DNA of 64,000 bases from Lama guanicoe (taxonomy: Eukaryota), in NCBI GenBank assembly GCA_013239625.1, contig MU056216.1, positions 12,930,729-12,994,728 of the forward strand, in the 5' to 3' direction. The notes below the pieces were generated by a model. The model was not told where the DNA came from. It did not search any database and saw only the letters and a program-made list of their open reading frames with translations. This document shows, one piece after another, positions 23,936 through 37,258 of this stretch; position 1 is the first letter of the stretch; each line of letters starts with the position of its first letter. The translations under genes and the position numbers were made by a program.

Positions 23936-26900
23936 TTAATATGATAAACCAAATTCCATTTCAACAAAATTCTCCATGTTGTAGTTTTCTTACACTGAGC
24001 CAGTAAGTCACACAAATGGTGTTCCAAACCACAAAATTCCTATTGGACCTAAGGGTTTAACTTGCTGTGATAAAAATGTTATGAAACTGACAAGACAGAA
24101 TTTTAGTATCTTTACCTAAAATTACTCTTGAAATGCATTTCAAATTTAATCCGATTATAGTATGTCCACACCTCACTGTCCTTAAGAGGGGTTCCAAACT
24201 GGTATGTGTACACTAATCTAGGTAGAGTCCAAAAAAGCTTCATAAACAGGATGAAGGCCAATTTTAATATCCAATAAGCCGTAGAGAAATTGCATAATCA
24301 GGTTAACTGGATCACTGGTTACTGGATTCGAGATAAAAGGAGGCAGCACTACTTGAGTGGCTCACGGGGGGAGCCAGGTCCAGATGTACCTGATTCATTT
24401 CATTTTTATCCACACATAAATACGTGTTGAGACTTCCACTAGGCCAGAGCTTAAGATGCAAAATGAACAAGAAACACATCCTTCCCTTGATGTCCTGATA
24501 GCTTCACAGGCCATAAACCCACATACACAGTTACCTCAAATTACAATAACGACAGAACCAGAGGACAACACCCAAGCCACACTACAGTGCCAGGCATAAT
24601 TCTCAGGGAAAGTAACTCGGCTGTTTGCAGAAAACAATCGGTACTTGGGTCAAAGGCTGATTAGTTTTAGAACAAAAGGACGGACTATGATTTCTGCAGC
24701 ATGTTTGGATGAAAAGAAAAAATTATCTTGTACTTGGAAGTCCAGAGAGAGGGGAAAAGGGGGAGAGAGGGGAGCAAGAAGCCTTCAAAATAACAGCTCC
24801 CACTTGTTTTCTCCACCTCCCCCGCGGGGCGGGCTGCTGCCATCACCTCCACACTTTAAGGATGAGGGAGCTGGGGTGCAGAGTCCTTGTCTTGGGCACA
24901 GCTGCTTGTAGGGCCACATAAAGACTTACCGCCCTGATCAAACCTGCGTTCAGTCTCTGAGGTCCGGGCAGGCCCTGGGGCTGGGGGCGTTACCCTGACT
25001 TCTTGGGAAGTACCATCTACTTACACCACGTGAGCTGAGCTGCCTGTTGGTGTGAGCAGTCTGGTGCCTCGTGTCAGGGTGGGTGTGATGCTTCCAGCGC
25101 CACAGCCTGGGCCTTGGGCAGATGGAGCTGCGTCACCGTCAGAAAAGCTCAGGGCAGGATGACCCAGCTGCCCAGGCAGAGGGGGCGAGGCGCCCTTCAG
25201 AAATCAGCCTGACCCCTGTCTGGCACCCGCCCTCTCCATCCCAGGAGGGATGGTGCGAGCCTGGGAGGGTAACTGACATGAACGCTCTGTACAACAGGGC
25301 AGCAATCTGTAACAGAAGGTCCAGTTACCCTAACTCTTCAAATCAGCCGCCTGCTGGTCGGTATTCCATGTAAATGTACCCTCGTACCATGTCCTGGTGC
25401 CGGCCTTTCACACACGGCAGATGGGAGGGATGTCCCTGAGATCCAGGGCTAACGCCCAGGTGTTGTCAACTCCCACCCACGTTGCACTGGCCTCCCTTCC
25501 CCTGCCATGTGCAGCTGGGCTGTGTCACGCACTGAGTTAGCCAGCCGACACCAGCGAGGTGAGGCTGGGTCTAGTCAGGCCAGTGTGTGGATGTCTGACC
25601 TCTGAACAAACCTCCGAGAGCTGGACAGGAAGAGATGCTGCCGACTCAACGTGCAGCAGCAGACCACCTTCATGGTTACTCTCCAAATAAAGACAGAGAT
25701 GAAGCTATCGAGTGAGAAGAGACAGACGCTGCCTCTTACGCAGTTTAGTTCTCAGTAAATAGTAACAGGATATTAAATAGATCTTCCCCTTCTACTAATG
25801 AGTGTTCGTCCTAAAGATGTTTTTAACGAGTTGATTCCGGAAATGCATAAGTGCACATAAACACATTTGGTCCCACTGAAAGGAATTCTGCCTGAGTAAG
25901 GACTGTGGAATTACTCTGGGGGTCCACGGCCTACCCTGGGGAATGCGGTGGGAAAGTTCCCACAAGGGGCGGGGCCTCTCCCAGGGCAGTCAAGCCGGAG
26001 GCATCTGCAGAGGTTTTATGCAGACAGTGCCTGTCTCAGGGTGCCTTCAGCACCTCCAGCTGCCAGAGGCCACTGCACCCTGAGCACGTCCCAATCAGTT
26101 TTTCAGTTCCACAAAACTTATTTGCAGCATAAGCAAGGAAGTGTGCATGTGTGCATCTGTGCACGTGCATGCGTGTGAATACAGCGAGGCAGCATTAGAC
26201 CCCTCACTGTGGGGGAGGAAATCCCACCATTACCTTGCACTTATAGTACTCCCATCAAGAGGATGCGTACTGAGAGGAAAGGTTAGCATCCTTTGAAATT
26301 TCTCCAAGTTTCAAAGGAGGCAGCAGGAGACGAAGCTTAAGAAACAGACAAGGTCGGGCACAAAGAACCTAAGAGTTCGGGTTTTTATTCTGACAGTGAC
26401 AGGGCTGGGCAGCAATGATGGAATTTAGAGGAGTCACGAGATTAACTTCGTGATTTGGCGAGGTCACCCTGGCTAGAGTGTCAGAGAGGCAGGGGGGACT
26501 CAAGGCTGCTTAGGAAGCTAATGGTGGGGACTGAGGAGGCGAGACTGTGTAGGACAGGAGGTGAGAATTTCAGGGCCTACAGGAAGTGCGTGTACGGGGT
26601 GGCTGAACCGATAGGAGAGGAGAGGGAAGATGCCCAGGTTTCCAGCTGGTGTATTTGCTGTTGCTCAGGGCCGGGAACCTTCACTGGCTCCGACTGCCTG
26701 CACAGGGATGCTCAGAATTCTCCGTGGTCTGGTCCTGTCCTGTATCTCGCATCATGCTGCCATCAGTGTCCTATCGCTTCCTGATTCTGGGTTTTTATTC
26801 ACACTGTTCCCTCTGCCGACAACATCCTGTCCTGCCGTCATCCCCGTTAGGTCAAAATCCATTTCAAATGTCACCTCTTCCAAAAGGCATTAGCTTCCCT

Positions 26901-27306
26901 CAATCTCCAAAACTCTTTGTACCCTATCTCTTAGTGTTCGGTTAGGCTGTGGGTGAGCTCCTGGAGTGACAACTCTCCCTTATTCAGCTTCCTACTTCCT
27001 TGCCTGGAGCAGGGCTTAGTATGTCTTTGCTGATTTGAAGCAAAGAGCCTGCAAGACAAAGTGCTCATCTACGAAAGGGGGTTATTTTCGCTACTGCTTC
27101 ATAGGGCGGTTGTGAGGATTTGGCACATAATAAATGCTCAATTAAAATTACCATCACCCACATCATCATTTCTAAAAGGAATAAGTTTCACTTGCTCTTG
27201 GCCTAACGTAATGATGAGCCTGTCTCCTTTTAGTAAACTTAAAGGAAAAGGGCACTGCTTCAGAGTTCCTAGGAAACTGTCCACTAGAATCAATAAGCTG
27301 GGAACA

Positions 27307-28047
27307 GAGGGTGTGGAGANNNNNNNNNNNNNNNNNNNNNNNNNNNNNNNNNNNNNNNNNNNNNNNNNNNNNNNNNNNNNNNNNNNNNNNNNNNNNNNNN
27401 NNNNNNNNNNNNNNNNNNNNNNNNNNNNNNNNNNNNNNNNNNNNNNNNNCAGAGAAAACTCTAATTCAAAAAGATACTTGCACTACAATGTACACAGCAG
27501 CACTATTTACAACAGCCAAGACATGGAAACAACCAAATGTCCATCCACAGATGAACAGGTAAAGAAGATGTGGTGTATATACATGCAATGGAATAGTACT
27601 CAGCCATAAAAAAGAATGAGCTAGTGCCATTTGCAACAACATGGATGGATCTAGAGATTATCATGTTAAGTGCAGTAAGTCAGACAGAGAGAGAGAAATA
27701 TACAATGTCACTTATATGTAGAATCTAAAAAAAATGACACAAATGAACTTACTTATAAAACAGAAATAGACTCACAGACATAGAAAAACTATGGTTACCA
27801 AAGGGGAAAGGGAGAGACGGATAAATTAGGAGTTTGGAATTAACAGAAACACACTACTGTATGTAAAATAGGTAAACAACAAGGTCCTACTGTATAGCAC
27901 AGGGAACCGTATTTAGTAGCTTACAATAACCTATAATGGAAAAGACTCTGAAAAAGAACAGATGCGTATGTGTAACTGAATCACTTTCCTGCACACCTGA
28001 AACTAACACACCATTGTAAATCAACTATACTTCAATTTTTAAAAATT
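27307..28047 (+). mobile_element. L1 3' fragment: decayed ORF2 C-terminus plus 3'UTR
   Basis: Frameshifted ORF2-like peptides EKTLIQKDTCTTMYTAALFTTAKTWKQP and KCPSTDEQVKKMWCIY; ends aatcaactatacttcaatttttaaaaa. Confidence 0.93.
27320..27449. other. Assembly gap (130 N) inside an L1
   Basis: run of N. Confidence 1.
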
Positions 28048-28704
28048 TTAATCAATCACAAACCTTTCTATCCATGAGTTTCAATAAGTAAAATATATAT
28101 AGAGGGAAAAGACTATATGGAACCTCTGACAGTGGTCACCTCAGGGAATTCAGATAATAAAAATTTACCTTCTTTACAAAAAAGAAAGAAAGAAAGAAAA
28201 GGCAAAGAACCACCATCCTGGCTTACTGGAGCATTTCTTTACAAATCCGAGAGCTTCCTCTCTGTGGAAGCTTCTCTTGGATACTTTAAGTCTTCTCTTT
28301 TTGGTCGTGGAGAAACAGTGCTCGGCTTTTGAGCTTTGTGATTCTGGGGAGTAAGGTGTTTGGGAAGAATCAGCCTCAGAAGGGAGCTCTTTGCATCTCA
28401 GCCCTGCAGGCTGACTGCCCGAAAGGCCAGAAACAGCCCCATATGTGAGCAGCAGGATGGGGAGGGGCCGGCCTGGCTGGTCCGAAAGGAGTGAGCTGGC
28501 GATGGTGACAGTCCTTGAGTTTTATTTTTATTCTTAAAATATACTTTGAAGAATTTGGTGAGTCCCAAAGGAGCTTTTTTATGTCATTTTTTCCCTTTTC
28601 TTTAGAATTTCCTCTAAAACCCATTAGGGAGATTTAACATAGTCCAGATTTAGCACTTTAATGGGCTTTGGTTCCTGCCTTAATTTTTTCCCATTTTTAA
28701 CTTC

Positions 28705-28940
28705 TCTAATTTTTTTTATTCTTATTTTTTATTGACGCTTAGTCGATTTACAATGTTAGTTTCAGGTGTACAGCAAAGTGATTCAGTTATACATATACAT
28801 ACATACATATTTTTTTCAGTTTCTTTTCCATTATGGCTCATTACAAGAAACTGAATATAGTTCCCTGTGTTCCACAGCAGGTCCTTGACGTTTGTCTGTT
28901 TTATATACAGAAATGGGTTTCTGTTAATCCCAAACTCCTA
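28705..28940 (-). mobile_element. L1 3' end, 5'-truncated
   Basis: gatttacaatgttagtttcaggtgtacagcaaagtgattcagttatacatatac...atcccaaactccta. Confidence 0.9.
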
Positions 28941-29225
28941 TGATTTTTAATGAGCTATTTCTGGGCTTAGAAAGTTTGCAAACTCCACAGCAAGATTTCT
29001 GAAAAATCTTTTAGTTTACATAGGAGTTTATAATGATAACAGCGTGGATCCCGCCTGACCTGGAAGCTACGAGGCTCTGTCCTGGAAACTGATCTCTGCG
29101 CCGGCCGACGGGGACCGCGTCTGCCATGATGAGCATTTCGGGGCCCTGGCCCACACCTGTCAGATCACAGACCCTGAGTTGGCGACTTGCCATTCAGCGC
29201 CCTCGTGGTGTTTTTGTCTCTCCAG

Positions 29226-29332
29226 GAACCTCGGACAAGTCCAACCTGGAGCTAATCACTCTGACATGTACCTGTGTGGCTGCAACCCTCTTCTGGCTCC
29301 TGTTAACTCTCTTTATCCGAAAACTGAAAAGG
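29226..29332 (+). CDS. FLT1: FLT1 exon 16 (transmembrane): GTSDKSNLELITLTCTCVAATLFWLLLTLFIRKLKR
   Basis: tctctccag|GAACC ... AAAAGG|gtaaga; 107 nt; hydrophobic helix followed by basic stop-transfer residues. Confidence 0.98.
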
Positions 29333-30489
29333 GTAAGAACGTTTCAGATGAAGTTCTATGCTCCATCTTATGTAAGACTGCACAATGCCTGCCTGATGTC
29401 TGGTGTGGCCCTGAACCAATGCTCGACCCTCTTCTTACCCCTCTACCCCTTGTTCCTGTCTCTGACCTGGCAAACATGGAAAATGAATCATTCAAATGTC
29501 TCTCAACCGTAATGTGGGGTAGTCAAAAGAAAAACTAGAGTAATGAACAGATGACTATTTCCCAGGGACAGAGGGGACATTTTTTATATTAAAATATGTA
29601 ATAAAGTCCTTGAATTAAATTCAACATGAGACCTAGAAAGCTCTCCTTTCCTCAACCTCACTCTTGGCTAAGAAACAAAAAGGAAAAAGCAAAATAAAGA
29701 CCCACCTCTGCCTTATCTCTCCGAAGTTTGTAGAAACAGACACCAGCACGGCTGCTCCGTGCTCTCTGAGCCCCATGATAAAATCCCATCCCTTACTTAG
29801 AGTGTGACCTTCAGGCTGGAATGCAGGGCATCAGATTTCCATTATCAGGCCTGTAGCATGACCTGCTTCTCTGAAGTTTGGTGGGAAAGCACCAACACCC
29901 ACTCACACCTCAAATACTGGCTGTGGGCCTGCTGGATGCGAGTGCCAGGCCCTGTGTCAGGCTCCTGGGTGGTAGTGCAGGGCAACTGTGCTTCCGTGTG
30001 CAGCCTGGGGAGAGACTGACTTTAACCAACTGGACAGACAAACGTCAAGTGGCAACTCGGGGTGGCCGAATGAATGACATCCCCTGGAGGGAAAGTGTTG
30101 CAGGCAGAGAGGACAGCACGTCGGCACCGGGGGCTGGGCAGAGGGGACACAGTGAGGAGGAGAGACTGACTGAGGCGGCGATGGGGACGAGGCAGGAAGT
30201 GAGGCAGGAAAGGAGAGGGGAGGAAAGGCTGGGAAGGAGTTTCGTCCATGTTTCAGAAGTAATAGGAAGCCTTGTGGGCAGGGGGGGCGGGGGGGTGCTG
30301 TTAAGCAGAGATAGGTGATCGTAAGTGTGAGAGATTTGTGTCTTGGAAGATGATTTTGGCCATATGAGGAGAATGGACTAGAGAAGGAGCAGGAGTGACT
30401 AGAGGAACCCAGTAGAAGACTTTGTAGCGGTCCAAGTAAGGAATGATGGTAGCTTAGTCTAAATGATTAGGGTCAAGAGATACTTAGGA

Positions 30490-30893
30490 CTGAGATTGAC
30501 AGATACAAACTAATATACGTAAAAATAGATAAACAACAAGTTCCTACTGTAGAGCACAGGGAACTATATTCAATGGTTTATAATAACCTATAATGAAAAA
30601 GAGTATCTATATAACTAACGATAATTTAAAAAACAAAATAAGGGGGGGAGGGTATAGCTCAGTGGTAGAGTGTGTGCTTAGCACACACAAGGTCCTGGGT
30701 TCAATCCCCAGTCCCTCCATTAAAAATAATTAAATAAACCTATCACCTCCTCCCCAGCAAAAATAAATAAATTAAAAAAATAAAAGACAAAACCAAAAAG
30801 AATATATGTATAACTGAATCACTATGCCATACACCAGAAACTAACACACAACGTAATTCAACTACACTTCAACTTCTTGAAAAATAGAAAAAA
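30490..30893 (+). mobile_element. L1 3' end interrupted by a Vic-1 SINE, inserted into an L2
   Basis: gattgacagatacaaacta...agcacagggaactatattcaa...; flanks aagagatacttagga (30475-30489) and gagagatatttggga (30894-30908). Confidence 0.88.
30642..30794 (+). mobile_element. Vic-1-type SINE nested in an L1 tail
   Basis: ggggagggtatagctcagtggtagagtgtgtgcttagcacacacaaggtcctgggttcaatcccc; duplicated L1 segment on both sides. Confidence 0.92.
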
Positions 30894-31869
30894 GAGAGAT
30901 ATTTGGGAGATAAAATGAACAAGACTTGCGAAGCACCCAGGAGGCCTCCTCAATTTCTGGAGATTTATTAGCCCCTATTAATGTACCTGGTCTTCTGGGA
31001 AGCTCTTCAGGTCGTATCTCAGTTAATCCTTCAAAACAACGCAAAGCTGGGAATACTATTACTCCCATTCCATAGAGACGGAAACCAAGGCTCAGAGAGG
31101 CAAAGTCACTTGGCCAGAGTCCCTCAGCTAGCTTGAGTCAGAGCCGAATTTTGAACCCAGGTTGTCTGACTTGCTGTTGAAAACCAGCAAGGGGTTCTTC
31201 ACAGTGTTGGTGTGAGAGGCCAGGCGGGAGCCACCCTCCCTGGTGAATGTGTACCATTAGGCTTTTGTTACAAGGAGTGATTGGTTCTGAGACGTGACAA
31301 TTAAGGCCACGGCTTTTGAAGGAAACGAAAGTTAAAACAGTGGCATTCTGAAAGGGGAGAGACATTGTAAAGGGAAACAGATCAAACAAAAAGCAAAACT
31401 TGCCAAATCGGTAAGGGAGCTACACAGACTACGGGAGTTCAAAGGAGGAGATGGGGAGAAAAACTTCAGAGAAAGCAGAGCTTCGAGACAGACCCTGAAG
31501 GTGGTGCCTGGAAGGAAAAGCAACAGAAAAACACAGCCCAGGGCAGAAGTCTGGTTCCTTTGCACATCGGAGCTCAGCAGAAATAAAACTGGAAAGGTGC
31601 ACTGGGGCTAAATTGAAGACATCCCTTGATTTAATGAAAATTTATGAAATTTTTAATAGCAATAAGAAAGGATGAAAACAAGAAATCGTCACTGCAGTAA
31701 CAGAATGCCTACAGATTTTGAGAAGTAACTCCTTGTGGAAAGCAGAGAGGAACAAGGCATCAAAAAAGATTTCCATGTGATTTCTTTAACCACCGTGTAA
31801 ATTCCTCATTGATAAAGGCTGCATTTTATCTTCTTATCCCCAGCCTCCACAGGCCAATGGTTTAACTAG

Positions 31870-32080
31870 AGATAATATTTATTCATGCCTACCATACACC
31901 AGGCGGTTCTAACAGCTTTACCTGGATGATTTCGTCTGATAGTCACAGCAACCCTGGGAGATAAGTACTATCGCCACCACTATTTTACAGATAAGGAAAC
32001 TAAGCTTAAAAAGCTTAAGCAACTGGCCCGAGGCTATACGCCACCCCGAAGCTGAGCTAGGATTCACATCCAGCCCCACA
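31870..32080 (-). mobile_element. MIR
   Basis: attttacagataaggaaactaagcttaaaaagcttaagcaactggcccgagg core. Confidence 0.75.
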
Positions 32081-33278
32081 GGCCTGGGCTCTGAAGTGCC
32101 TGTCCGTGCACCTTCCTAGTCCGGCACCTGGTAACTGCTTAGCGTTAATGTCAATTGAAAGAATAAATATTTGTCAACCAAGATTCTGCTGTCACACTCG
32201 CCTCAGAGCCCTTCCCTAAGGCTGGTTTGGTGTTTCCTCTCATCTGTCTGATTGAGGTAAACCGTAAAATTCCACAGGTGCCCCGTGGGAAGACTGTCTC
32301 CGTGGCCTGCCCCCCACCCTCCTTCAACGCCACCGCCCTCCCCTTGCTCCCTGCAGAACCCAAGCTGCCCCTTGCTGGGCTCCGGCTCTCCTGTGCTCTT
32401 GGAAGCCTGGGGATCGTTTCTCATGGCTTTGGTTAGACAGGACGTCGAAAGGTTTAGTCCTCAAATGGATAATACATCTATGCCTTTTTAAAGGAAAAAA
32501 CAAAAGTTTAGTCCTGAAACCCCCTCCGGCATCTCTACTAATGAGCACCCAGCACCCTGGTGCAGGAACGGACGCTCCCCTGCAAGCTTGCACGCTCGCG
32601 AGTGTCTGACGGGCTGGGCCCTCACAGTCTAACGCCAGTGGCGAACGCAGGCCATGACAAACGTGTGCACCCCCTCTTTCCCTGTTTTCCGCTCTTGGTG
32701 GAGGCCAGGCACGTCTTCCTGCCTTGAGCTATTTGTCACCCATTTTAGTGATAATTTTTGTGATGGATGAAGTGAGGGGTGACAGCACAGAGCAGGGTGA
32801 GTCAGGGCGGAAGAACGCAGGCGGGTGTGAAATGCGGTGCATTTGAGAGGTTGTCTTCTCTGCTGAACTCTGAGCCTATTTAGGGAAATGCGAGGAAAGA
32901 CAGGGCCCTAAACTCATTTAAATGTGGTTTACACAACTTCTAGGCAAGAGTTATCAAAACCCAGCTGATGTGGGCAAACATACTTCCTCTCTGTCCTGCC
33001 CACGGAAATGCAGTCAATCCTACAAGAACCATGAACAGGGCATTACCCATTCATGTGACTCTAAGACAGTAAATGCAAATCCAGTGATGTATGATTGGAA
33101 ATAAAGTGTCTTTTCTGGGCTTAATTTGCATTACCAAGATAAAACAAGCACTTGAAGCTCAGAGATGCCGCCTTACTTACTGGACATACTACCAAAAGAA
33201 CTTCAAATGTGGCTGTGCGTAAGTCTTACCCTTTGCCCTTTGCAATAATCAATTTTGATTTCTTACTGAAGATAGATC

Positions 33279-33398
33279 TTTTTTTTTTCTTTTGGGGGGG
33301 CGGTATTAGGTTTATTTTTTTTTTAATTTAAATTTTTTTGAACTCAGGACTTCAGGCATGCTAAGCACACATGCAACCCCTGAGCTACAGCTTCCCCC
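33279..33398 (-). mobile_element. Vic-1-type SINE, degenerate
   Basis: ggggcggtattaggtttattt...tgaactcaggacttcaggcatgctaagcacacatgcaacccctgagctacagcttcccc. Confidence 0.8.
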
Positions 33399-34318
33399 AA
33401 ATCTTTTTTTTTGTTACACTTTTCCTTTTTCACTTTTTCTTGTCTTTTTCCTGCTTGTGAGTCACAATAACGTATGGTGAATATAAATTTGCAACATATT
33501 TAATACATTTGCATTTTACGTGAACTTTAACTTACATACATTCAAAATGAACAGTGTGAATGAATCCAATCCACTTGTGAACAACGACCCACAAAATTTT
33601 GGTCACCAGGACACTTGGGTAGCCTGCTTGTTGGTGGAATCCTTTCCAGCCTTCTTTCAAAAATGCAGACTTTTCAGTGTTAAGTTCTGAGTTCAGAATG
33701 CTTTTCCTTAAAACTCCTCCAGGTAAATTTTATTCTGATCTCACTAACGGACCCTGCAGTCTTTCCAGGGAGCTTCTGAGTGTATTTAAACACCTCATAT
33801 GAACAGTGCCTCTCAACTGTCCCAGGGGTCCTGGGTTCTCTCTGCTACTTCTGGCCTTTCTTGCAAATGGAGAAAAGCCGCAAACATGGACCCCACTGTT
33901 GCCTTCTATAGCATATATTCCTGCTTGTACAGAGGGTCATGGAAAGTTCTTTTTCGTCATGCTTGGAATGATTTATAAAAACACTTTGCAGTTTTCCAAG
34001 AAGGACTGTCAGGTAATAAGAACTTGTTTAAGAACAAGCAATGTGGTCACTGGAGGACCTGAGTGCCTTCTGTCTGAGATGGGACGGGGGAGCTGGTACC
34101 ACAGTGTGGGGACAGTAAGAGGTTGTCTGATGGAAACCACACAGTCGGCTGTGCTGTGTGTATGGGTGTGCACAGGGCACTTTCTGTACCTAGCCACGTG
34201 GGTTCAACCAAACGCACCAAAACAGCAGCAGATGTTGCCAAGGTTGGTTTCAAGCTGGCTATCTGGGGTTTGTAAGTTGTTTCCTTGTTGGTGACTTTGG
34301 GATCTCTTTATTTCTCAG

Positions 34319-34451
34319 TCTTCTTCTGAGATTAAAACTGACTACCTATCGATTATCATGGACCCAGATGAAGTTCCCCTGGACGAGCAGTGTGAACGGC
34401 TCCCTTATGATGCCAGCAAGTGGGAGTTTGCCCGGGAGAGACTTAAACTGG
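34319..34451 (+). CDS. FLT1: FLT1 exon 17 (juxtamembrane): [44 protein letters not shown]
   Basis: tttctcag|TCTTCT ... CTGG|gtaatg; 133 nt. Confidence 0.98.
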
Positions 34452-36391
34452 GTAATGTATTTGTTCCACAGATGCCTAAACCCATACTGAGCATCACTTC
34501 CCAAATGCTGTGCTTTGAGGGAGACAAAAATAAACCAGTCCCAGGATTCTGCCCTCCTACTGCTTTCCAACTAGCAAGGGAGACAGACACAGAGGTAAAC
34601 AACTCTAACAGAAGCCTAAGCCAGCAGGTCCAGGGGACCCGGGAGCAGCTGTTTATTCTTTCAACAGTTATGAAGCACCTTTGCTGAGCAGCAGGCACCT
34701 AAGTCCTGGGGACACAAAGGTGCTTGAGTCTCTCCCCTTGAAGGGTGAAGGACACAGAAAAGCAGGTAAGTGAAGGGGAAGGGGAGAGACCCCTTCCAGC
34801 AGACTCTTACCAGGGTAGACACTATTCAATGATGAAATTTTTGAGGGTTGGACATTTGTGACCTAGACCACCATTCAGGATGGGGAGGCACAGTAAAACC
34901 AAGTATTTGGTCAAAGAGTTGGCCAAGGCTGTGGATCAAAAACTCCCTCTGAACAAATCTACAAATGACATGCTTCAAATTTCCTGGGTGTCTGAAATGA
35001 CCAGAAGAAGAAAGTCCAAGGAAGGGTCTTTAAGTTTTGTTTGTGAAGAGCTGCTGTTTCCCAGGTAACAGAGATGCCATCAGTCCTGCTTATCCCAAAG
35101 TTCCTCCCACGCAGACATCACCACGCAAAGTAGCCCCCAGCCCGTGGTGCAACAGAACGATACACAGGCAGACTGCACTGGGGTGGGGCCTGAGGGCACA
35201 GAGGGAAAGCCTTGAAATGATTCCACTTCCACTTCTTCCTACCTAAGAAAGAATATCTGGCCCCCCAAATATGTTCTGTTTGGCTTGGGGAAGACAACTG
35301 GAAATTGATTAAAAGCTGGCGAGACAGGCAAAAGCCAGCAATGGCTGCTGACGGGGAAAAAAATCAACTAAATTGGGAGCAGTGGAGGGCAGGTGACACA
35401 CTGGATGGGTTCCTTCTGCGAGTCTAAGTTGCACGGCAGCTAGCCTAGCCCCTCGGTGACCTAGGCAGGGAGCATCTTCCCACAACCGTAAGCCGCTGTC
35501 AGGCCACACTGCTTCCCAGAGTTGTTAGTCACAGCAGACATGCGTCTCCCAGTGTAGGATGTGGGAGCTTTCGGGCCCATTTCTTCATTCCTTGGCTGAG
35601 TACCGTTGTGATGGCACTTCCAGGGAGATGGCCAAGCCTGCTACCAGAAGTGCCCGGGGGCTCTGTGGGTTTAGATAATCTGATTTCAGAAGATTCTCCT
35701 ATAGTTCTTTCCCTTCCTGGAGTTGCCAGAGGCTATGATTCGGCTAATGTGCATGTGAGTATCTTTGATGGGTGAGAGAAAATATGTCAAACCCACTAAC
35801 TCTGCCTTTCAATGCAGAGTGTGGCTGCAAGGGCCAGAAGAGTCCTCTCCTACTTACGTGGGAGCAGAGAGGCCCAAAATGTGTTTGTTTTTTAAGCCAA
35901 ATAAACGACAGAAAGTAAACCGAAGTGATGTCTGGCAAGTGAAAGTAACCAAAATTATGCCTGGATGGATGAGGAGAAAAAGCTCGGCTGAGGGCAGAGT
36001 TACAGTGGGTTATAAATGGAGAGAAATACACCAAGCAAACAGCTTCTTACTGCAGCTGAACGTCCTCCGTAGGTTACAACTAGCAGCCCTGCTGAGAGAA
36101 GAGAGTTGATAGCACCTGATGGATAATCGAGTTGGAGGTTGGGTCAAAGGTGTTGCTACCATGGAAATTCCTGAAACCCAGTATTAAAGAAATATGTTTT
36201 ATTACTGATGCCTCACTAAACCTGGGAGAGAATTCAGCTCCTATAAATTTATCCCAGAAGTTGGGATAACGTCTGACCTTGCATATTCCTATTAGAAAAT
36301 AAAGTCAGAGTTATCTAATGTGGGAAACACAGAGTCTGGAATTTGGCAAGTGGATGTTGCCTGGACTGGTGCTGCCTCTTGTAAGACCAGC

Positions 36392-36520
36392 CTACAGATG
36401 AATAACAAGGTCCTACTGTACAGCACAGGGAACTATATTCAATACCTTATAATAGCCTACAATGAAAAAGAATACAAAAAGGAATATATGAATATATCTG
36501 AATCACTATGCTGTACACTT
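36392..36520 (+). mobile_element. L1 3'UTR fragment
   Basis: aacaaggtcctactgtacagcacagggaactatattcaatacc...ctgaatcactatgctgtacac. Confidence 0.85.
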
Positions 36521-37153
36521 CTCTGCGGTTGAAACAAATTACTACCAGTGGTTGATAGGCCCGTGTACTGAACCCTGAAGATTTGTAATCATCATGTAAT
36601 GATGCGTTAGAAATACTAAGAATATTTTGCCTGGCAAGGACGTCTGAGAAACGACCCTGATTTTTTGGTAGCTCTGATGCATTATTATAGCCAACAGCAG
36701 TGACCACCCTTCCCAGTTTCTTCCCTCCTGCTGAAAACAGATCAAAAGAAATAACCTTAAGTGGCAAGAAAGGGGGCTTAGTTTAAAGACAGGAAAATTT
36801 TTGCAGTAATGATGTTATTAAACAATGGAAGAGACCACCCATGATTTGGTAGCCTCTCCCCCAAAGAAGGGCTTTGTAAAAGAGGAAACAGGCCATCTAC
36901 CTGCACCAAATCCTTTCTAGGGGCTTAGCTTAGCGATGAAGGACGAAGGCAACTCAGAAGCACACACAGAGCTGGAAGGAAGATGCCCCAGAAACGTGGC
37001 CCTTACTTCCACTCTTGGGGTCAGTTCATTGGAGATTCCACTGAAAGCTACATGCCACACAAACATACACAGGGAAAAGGGCCCTTATGTCTGAAAGACA
37101 TAAACTCATCCTGCTGGCTTGGCAAACAAACCAATTTCTCCTTTTCATTGTAG

Positions 37154-37258
37154 GCAAATCGCTCGGAAGAGGGGCTTTTGGAAAAGTGGTTCAAGCATCG
37201 GCTTTTGGCATTAAGAAATCCCCCACGTGCCGGACTGTGGCTGTAAAAATGCTGAAAG
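37154..37258 (+). CDS. FLT1: FLT1 exon 18 (Gly-rich loop, VAVK lysine): [35 protein letters not shown]
   Basis: cattgtag|GCAAA ... GAAAG|gtatgg; 105 nt; GxGxFG and VAVK motifs. Confidence 0.98.

Noticed and set aside
27061-27609. ORFs with L1 ORF2 similarity as a protein-coding gene or active L1
   Set aside because: Frameshifted, 5'-truncated relic, with the ORF length inflated by the N gap
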